A stretch of DNA of 64,000 nucleotides from the human T2T-CHM13v2.0 reference genome, Homo sapiens: assembly GCF_009914755.1 (NCBI RefSeq), contig NC_060931.1; one strand, written 5' to 3'. The notes under the pieces are model-generated. The model was not told where the DNA came from, ran no database searches, and saw nothing but the letters and a program-made list of their open reading frames with translations. The first letter of the stretch is position 1, and each line of letters opens with the position of its first letter. The translations under genes and the position numbers were made by a program. This document shows, piece by piece, positions 55,824 to 64,000 of this stretch.

Positions 55824-57268
55824 CAAATCAAGGCAGGTGCAATGTGGAGTTTTATTTATTTTGCTGCCTGAGGAAACTAGAATTTTAGTGAAATCTGAAA
55901 GAAGACTTTTTCTTGCCATAATCATTATCCCTCCTGATTTTTTTCCTTTGTCAATTGTAGAAAATAATAACATAGCAGTGTTTAGGCTTTCAAATGATTA
56001 TTTCCAGAGGTATCATAAGTAGCATTCTTATGATTACTAAAGGCATTATCTTTTTCCTAAACTTAAATGGTTTAGAATGCCTGAACCTGCATTAGCTACT
56101 ACAAGAAAGAAATAGCAGTGATTTTGATGCACACATAAAAAAGAAAAACTCCTTGTTTGTTAATTTGAAAATTTATTAAGCATCTGTGCTCTTTCAGATC
56201 CTTAATAAATTTTCATAACATTTAATCAATTTTTTCGGTAAATTTGTTTTAAACTTTAAGGTAAATATAGCTGGCAGTGGGTTTATTAAAAGCAAACCAT
56301 TCTTCAATTGTATCCTCATGAAATTAAAAAGCACACCAAGAAATTCAAATTCTTCTTTACAAAAATGTATCTGTGAGCTTCTACCCTATTATCCTTCCTA
56401 CTTTTCAAGTGGCTAAGCCCTTTTCTTTGGGTTTTATAATTTATAAAGATCGCAGGTGTATACACATGCCCATATCCTCTGGTTCATGTTAATCATTGTA
56501 TACGATACTATGTAGAGAACAGGGGACACGCCAAAAGGAAGCAGACAAAAATCCCTTCACACAATGGGAATGCTAAGTGTATCCTACATATTAAACAGTA
56601 TGAGATACAACTTAAGAAAGGTATTATAAGTTCCCTTGATGGACAGCATAATGCCTGCAGCTGAAAATTACATAAATTTCAAGATATTTTCTAAAAACAA
56701 AGGAATGACCCTTGTGTTTTGCTTCAGCTATGGCTAAAACAATATGCCAAAGGGGCTTAATGACACTCAGGCAATGTAGCTATTCTATTTATTCATGTTC
56801 TTTGTGAGCACATTGTACACTCTAGGTACTATGCTCGGTGCTGGGAATGGAACATAAACAAGATCCTGCCCATGGTGTTATTTGTAGTCTATTTGTTGAC
56901 TTGGACCCCAAATAGGTAAAATTATAATTAAACAACCTAAGTTCAGAGCAAGATGTATTCAAGGGAAAAACATGTAGGGTGCTCAGATCAGCAACAAAAT
57001 GGTGGTATAGGGATGCTTAACATGGTGGTGAAGGAAAAGCCTCTAGGAAAAGATGTGAGAACTGAAAAGGGAACAGTCAGCCAAGTAAATAACAGTCCAG
57101 ATCTGGGAAGCACATGTACATTTGCTTTCGTAATGTTAAGAACCAATCTATTTGATTGTGAACTTATGGATTATATCAGAAATTTAAAAATAAAATTATA
57201 AAAGAACCAATCTGTTTGATTTTAATAAAATCCATGGGTTTTAAATTTTTCTACTCTCTTGCCTATTA

Positions 57269-57647
<379 letters not shown>

Positions 57648-58139
57648 TCAAAAGTTTATCAATTATTCTTGATTCCTATGTCTTTTCTTTTCATAGTTAA
57701 GTGCCAAAAGAGAGGTTTTATTCAGTGCAAATGACAGCTAACATTTATTCATTAAGCAACCAACATGAGCCATTTACTTTATTTTAATTCACTGCAACAA
57801 CCATATAAACTGGTGCTAGGATGACCATTTTCTAAGAAAGGGACAGAAGCTCAGGAAAGTTAAGCAACTTGCCCTAGGCCATACCACTGGTAGATAAGGA
57901 TTCAAATTCAGATCTGACTGCAAGTCCATGTACTTTCCCCTCTAACATAGTCTTCCATTGTGTTAACAATACAATTTAATAGTATTGAAGTTGTCTACAA
58001 CACACAATTCTAGATTTCATCACTTAAACACAAAAAGTTTAGAAACATCTCGTGACTTATATATGTCTTAATTACAGGACTAATTATATTTAATCATTGA
58101 AATGACTATTAACTATTTTATATTGGTCCCAGCTGATTT

Positions 58140-59700
58140 ATTCACTTTATTAATTCAACAAATATTGATTAAGCATCTTCTGTGTGCCAGATGCTCTGCC
58201 AGACACTTGGGATGAAACAATTAACAAGACAAATATGATCCCTGTCATTACAGTGTTTGCTTCTAGTCAGGAAGACTATCATTAAGCAAATAAACACATG
58301 GATTGCAAATTTTGGTAAGTGCCATAATGGTAAATAATGAGGTATTACAAAAGGGATAACAGAGCATTCCTCGGTTAAAATTTAAGGTTCAGAAAAATTG
58401 TCTTAGAGGAATGTCATTTATTGAAAACCCCAAGAAGGGGTGAAAATTATCCAAAAAGGGGATGAAAACATTCCAGGCATATTCTAGAGGCAAAATTATA
58501 ATCCACAAGGTAGAAAAGGTCTTGCAACATTTGAAAGCCTTGAACCACTGTGAGTGAGGGGAGGACTGACTACAGGTTGGAAGGTGGGCAGGGACGAGGC
58601 CGTGCATGAACTCACAGACTCTTCCACTCAACGATATGAGAATTTGTTCTCTGTCCAATGGGAAACCATGAAGAATTTTGAGCAGAGGAGTAACATGATC
58701 CAATGTATGCTTTAAAAAGGTCACTCTAGTTGCTATGTATTGAAGAATGAGTTTGGAAAAGGGCACAAGAGGGAGAAGGAAGACTGATTTGGAAACCATT
58801 ACAGTAACCTAAGGGAGAGTCAAGGTATGGCTGATTTAGGGTGGTCTATGAGATAATAGGAGTTAAAGTAAAAAAGACTTGATAATGATTGGTATCAGTG
58901 TGAGAAGTATCTAGGGAAGCTGTCAATTTCTGATTTAAGCAGCTGAGAAGAAAGTGTCATTTGCTGAGATAATCAGAAGTTCTGATTTGAATATATGTCT
59001 ATGAATCATCTAAGAAGAGGGTATAAATGATAATAATTTTTAAAAAAGAATTAGTAAATACTTATTAAATGTTCACTGTATGGCAAGCATAGTTTTTAAG
59101 TGCTTTAAATATATTAATTCATTTATTATCAGAAAAGCCCTATAAAGGATATGCCAATTTAGAAATAAAGAAACAGAGGCACTGAAAGGTCACATAACTT
59201 ATGTAGGGTCACACAGCAAATACGTTACAAAATTGGTATTGAACTCTATGTTTCTGACTCTGACTCCAAAGCCTGAAAGCTTAACCACTCCAGGGATTTC
59301 TCCCTTTCATCTTTAAATAAGCAGCTAGATATAAGAGAACACTGCACAGAACAGGATTCCAGAGCTATTCATTTGGGAATCAGCAGCACAGAGGAGGAAT
59401 TTAAATCCAAGGGAATGGAATAAAGTGTAGAATAAGAGAAGGATCCCTGGAATGATCTGGGAAGAGCCACAAATAAGTCTGAAAAAGAATGGCCAGAGAG
59501 GTGGGAGGAAGCCAAGAGATTGTTGAGGGATTTCAAGAAGGGAAGGGCCAATTTATTGCATGCTGAGGAAATGTCTCATAAGATCTGAGCTAAGTGTTTG
59601 AGGATTTGACACGTAAGATATGAACTAATAGTGTTTGAAGGTTTGGCACCAAATTGGTCATCATTCAACCAAGCAAAAGCACCTGATGTGATGTGTTGAG
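58140..59700 (-). mobile_element. L2 fragments with a MIR inserted at about 59030-59290
   Basis: attcaacaaatattgattaagcatcttctgtgtgccag...; caatgggaaaccatgaagaattttgagcagaggagtaacatgatc; MIR core gaaacagaggcactgaaaggtcacataactt. Confidence 0.75.
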
Positions 59701-61261
59701 CACGAAACCTAAACTAGATTAGAGACACCAAGTGTAGAAAACATTCTTGAGCTGCCAGGCTCTGAAATGCAACTCAGAGATGGGGAGATTTCTAAAGGGA
59801 AATCTGGGGTGAAAGAGGTAGATTTTTTTTTTATTTTCTCAACTTATGAGATATAAATTGGTATGTTCACATGTTGGTAAGAAAGATCTAATAGCTAGAA
59901 AAGGAACTGCTGAAGTTGCAGGAAAGAGAAGAGAAATATAAGGAATGAAACCTGAAAAATAGAGGGCAGAGTCAGAGGGGTGGAGAAGGAAGGGGCCCTG
60001 ACGGGAGGTGGGCCACTTCTTCCAAGGCACATGCAGGCAGGCACCTCTCTGGAGGGTCCCATGGCTGGCTATGTGTGACAGTGCATGAAATAGTCACTGA
60101 ATATGCTCCCTTGCTGTCCTCTGCTTGTGCTCACCGAGGAGTGACTGTGTCTACTGGAAACAAGTTTGCCTTTTCACTGTTCTAAATAAAAGGATCAATG
60201 ACCTCAAATCTAAAGAGCATCAGGAAACCTCTGAAGCACAGAACTGTACCAGGCATGTCAGGCATTCAGCAAAATTTAGGAACAACTATCTTTTTCATTC
60301 CACACCGTTGCCCAGTCCCATAGAGAAGGGGAAATTCCTGTGATCCAGGAAGATAATCCAGGAGATGTCACCTCAGCCAGTAAGCCACCCTCTGAGAACC
60401 CAAGTATCTCCCAATTTCCTGTTCTGAGAGCTTTTCACTCTTTCTTATCTCTGGTTTGTTGTAAGTACTAGAGGAAGACAATGTAATTATAATACTCACA
60501 GGAAGATACAGATGACGATGCAACTCCCAGGATATTTGCAATCGACAAGAGACCACTTAAACTTAATGAATCTCTAGAGAAATATAAAGAGAGAAGATGA
60601 TCTGTGGTCCATGAGTACTTGCAAGGGAGCTGTCTATTCTGCCCATTCTGTCTGATCTGCCTATCAATCAGGATGGCCCTGTCTACATGGGAACACACCA
60701 GATACACACATCCAGGCACACGTGCACACAAATATATATACTCAAGACACATTCCCAGACACATACTAACACATCTATCCACATGGCATGCACATAAACA
60801 CACAGGTACACACAAACGTAGATACACATGCACACAAAGTTTGTGCTACCTTAACTAAGTACCACGTATGGTGAAGATCAGTGTGGCTGACAAATGGGCA
60901 GGAACAAGAATATGTAAAAAATTCTAAGTCAGAGCAAATAGTTTAGATGTATTATTCTAAATGAAATAAAAAGCAATAAGGAGTTTTAAGTGGAGAAGTG
61001 ACCTGAACTGATTTCGTTTTCAAAATGCTCCCATGGCTGTAATGGAGAATACTTACAGGGGCCAGAGAAGACTTACAAAGCAAACCTATTAGGAGGCTAT
61101 TACAGTGATCTAGGTGGGAAATAGAGGAAGGTTGAACTGGACTGGCAGCCATGGAGAAGAAAGTTTGGTAGATTCAGGTAGATTCTTTGGTAGAAAGACA
61201 TGTTGACAGGACTTGTCCAGGGATTAGAAACAAGATAAGGAACAGTTTAAACAAGTGGGTA

Positions 61262-61593
<332 letters not shown>

Positions 61594-62039
61594 TTAGAGA
61601 AAGCTGGGAGAGAAGCAGGGAGAATCTAGAGTTCTGTTATAGCTGTGGCTCATTTTAAATTCACGTGATCTATGTGACAATGTTAAAGAGAGGCTGGATA
61701 TATAAAACTGGAATTGCAAGGATAGGTCAGGACTGAAGATAGAAATACAAGAATTATGAGAACAGAGATGGTATACAAAGCATGCTATTGGATGAAGTTG
61801 TAAGGTGAGAGTGTCCATAAAGAAGAGTCCCTGAGCAGCTAGAAACCTCCAACATTGTAAGGCATGCAGAGGAGGAGGGGGCAGCAAAGAAAATAGGAAG
61901 AACTATCAGTAAAGGATGAGAAGCAGAAGGAAAGCTTTTATCCATTTTCGTCAGTTTTACCAGGATGTAAACGAGCTGAAAAAAAATTATTTTATGTGGT
62001 TTCTCTTGCAAAAACTGAGAATTTGGGCAAGCAAAGTTT

Positions 62040-62245
62040 TAAAGATATGTCCACAAATTATTTGAAAATCCTTCTTCTAAGAAATGGAGTTTAATTTCCC
62101 TTTGCTTGTGTGCAGGTTACATTGAATGACTCAATTCTAATTGAATCTGGCAGTGGTAGTGGGATGGCACTTCAGGATTAGATTATAAAAAGAATGTGGC
62201 TTCCATGGTGAGGTGGCCCATGTGGAAAGGAGCTAAGATCCTGGA
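62040..62245 (+). mobile_element. MLT1 (E/F/G-like) LTR 5' fragment
   Basis: aaagatatgtccacaaattatttga...aaatggagtttaatttccct...ggcccatgtggaaaggagctaag. Confidence 0.6.
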
Positions 62246-63529
62246 CCAATGTTCACTCAAGGCCCAAGGCTCTTCAGTCAGCTGTGGTGAATGCTGCTAG
62301 TCTTGAGTCTCTCCCTTCAGGGCAGTGGGCTTCCTTCTGGCCCAGGGAAAGTCTGGAAATGCCTTCCAGAGCCAAGGCCTGGAATAGGGGACCCCAAGAG
62401 CCCACTTGGTGCTCTACCCCACTGTGGCCAAGCCAGTACCCAAGCTGCAAGGCAAAGTCCCCTTTACCCTTCCCTCTCCTTTCCTCAGGCAGAAGGAGTC
62501 GCTTCCCATAGCCACCACAGCTGGGAATGTGCTGGGTCACACCTGAAGCCAGCTTGGCTCTGACTCACAACCAAGGCCCAAGGTCAATACTGCCTGGTGA
62601 CCACTGCCCACTATTCAGGGCCCAAGGGGTCTTTAGTCAGCAAGTGATGAATCCTGCCAGGACAGGTCCTTCCCTTTAAGACTGCAGGTTCCCTTCTGGC
62701 TCATGATGTGTCTGGGAATATTTTCCAGAAGGTAGGGCCTGGAATGGAGGCCTCAAGACTCTGTCCAGTGCCCTACTCTACTGTGGCTGAGCTGGTATTC
62801 AAGATGCAAGACAAAGTCCTCTTCACTCTCCCTTCTCCTGTCCTCAAGAAGAGAGAAGGAGTCAGTCCTGGAGCTGCAAGCTGCATTTCCTGGGGTTGGG
62901 GGAAGAGTGATGCAAGCACTCTTGGACACCTCAGCTGATGTCTCAGTAGGTTGTGTGTACATTAAGTCCACTAGCTTCAAGCCCAGCATAGCACCAGGAC
63001 TTGCCCAGGAATTACAATCCTTGTGGTCTAGATTACCTTTCAAGTTTACATAGAACCCCAGAGTATTTTAGCCTGTGGTGATGAACCTTGCTGGAACTCA
63101 GCTTCAGACAACTGGGATGGATGATTTTCCTATCACTAAAGCTGGTCTCCCTGTTCCGTCCATGGGTGCCAGCTGAGTTCAGCCCTGTGTGTGCTTTTTG
63201 CTGTGATAGGGCAGCTCTGAGTTCCAACACAAAATCTGACAATCACTGAGTTACCCCTCCCCTAAATACACAGATTCTCTCTGTGTGCCACACGGCCACT
63301 GCCAGGGAATGGGGAAAGGCTGGTGTATGCGATTCAAGACTGTTTTTCCTACCTCTTCACTGCCTCTTTCTTTATTATAAGGTTAAAACCAGGCACTGTG
63401 ATTGCGCACCTGATTTTTCGTTCCTATGGAGGTGTTTTGTTGTGTGAGTAGTTGTTCAATTTGTTGTTCTTATTGGGAGGACAATCACTGAAGGTTTCTA
63501 TTTGGCCATCTTGCTCTGCCTCCTCTCCC
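62246..63529 (-). mobile_element. L1 5'UTR of an older family (L1PB/L1M1-like), no ORF1/ORF2 attached
   Basis: Minus strand begins GGGAGAGGAGGCAGAGCAAGATGGCCAAATAGAA (L1 5' terminus with YY1 core); GC-rich with internal degenerate repeats. Confidence 0.8.
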
Positions 63530-63567
63530 ATCCATTCTTGTATTTTACTTTTCTAAGTGAATATTAA

Positions 63568-63923
<356 letters not shown>

Positions 63924-64000
63924 AAGTTTTGTTTTTTAATCTTAAAGTCACAGAAAATCTCAGGGGGTAGCTGTGGAATCTGAATTGCCTGTCTTTTGGA

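Noticed and set aside
60680-60840. His/Thr-rich and Cys/Val-rich ORFs
   Set aside because: Degenerate (CA)n low-complexity sequence.

Overview
Primate (almost certainly human) genomic DNA, AT-rich and repeat-dense. It carries the 3' part of KCND2 (voltage-gated A-type K+ channel Kv4.2) on the + strand: the last ~32 kb of the very long intron 1, coding exons 2-6 (163, 96, 93, 248 and 178 coding nt, all GT-AG, encoding the GYGD filter, S6/PVP and the whole C-terminus ending in VSAL-stop), a ~2.5 kb 3'UTR, and ~14 kb of downstream intergenic DNA. The rest is Alu, L1, L2, MIR, MaLR/ERV solo LTRs, DNA-transposon fossils and microsatellites. Repeat family names were assigned by eye from remembered consensus sequences and need RepeatMasker/Dfam confirmation. 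I found no evidence for a new multi-gene system, CRISPR array or foreign insert. The most notable non-obvious items are: (i) an ~90-nt retroposon with a clean target-site duplication at 53291-53381 that resembles the snaR ancestor (CAS/ASR) rather than an ordinary Alu; (ii) a sense-oriented THE1 solo LTR in intron 1 with TATA-like box and strong splice donor upstream of exon 2; (iii) a miR-324-5p seed site placed just behind an internal AATAAA in the 3'UTR; (iv) several templated local duplications that look like DNA-repair scars; (v) a strong CTCF motif and a closely spaced inverted Alu pair in intron 1.
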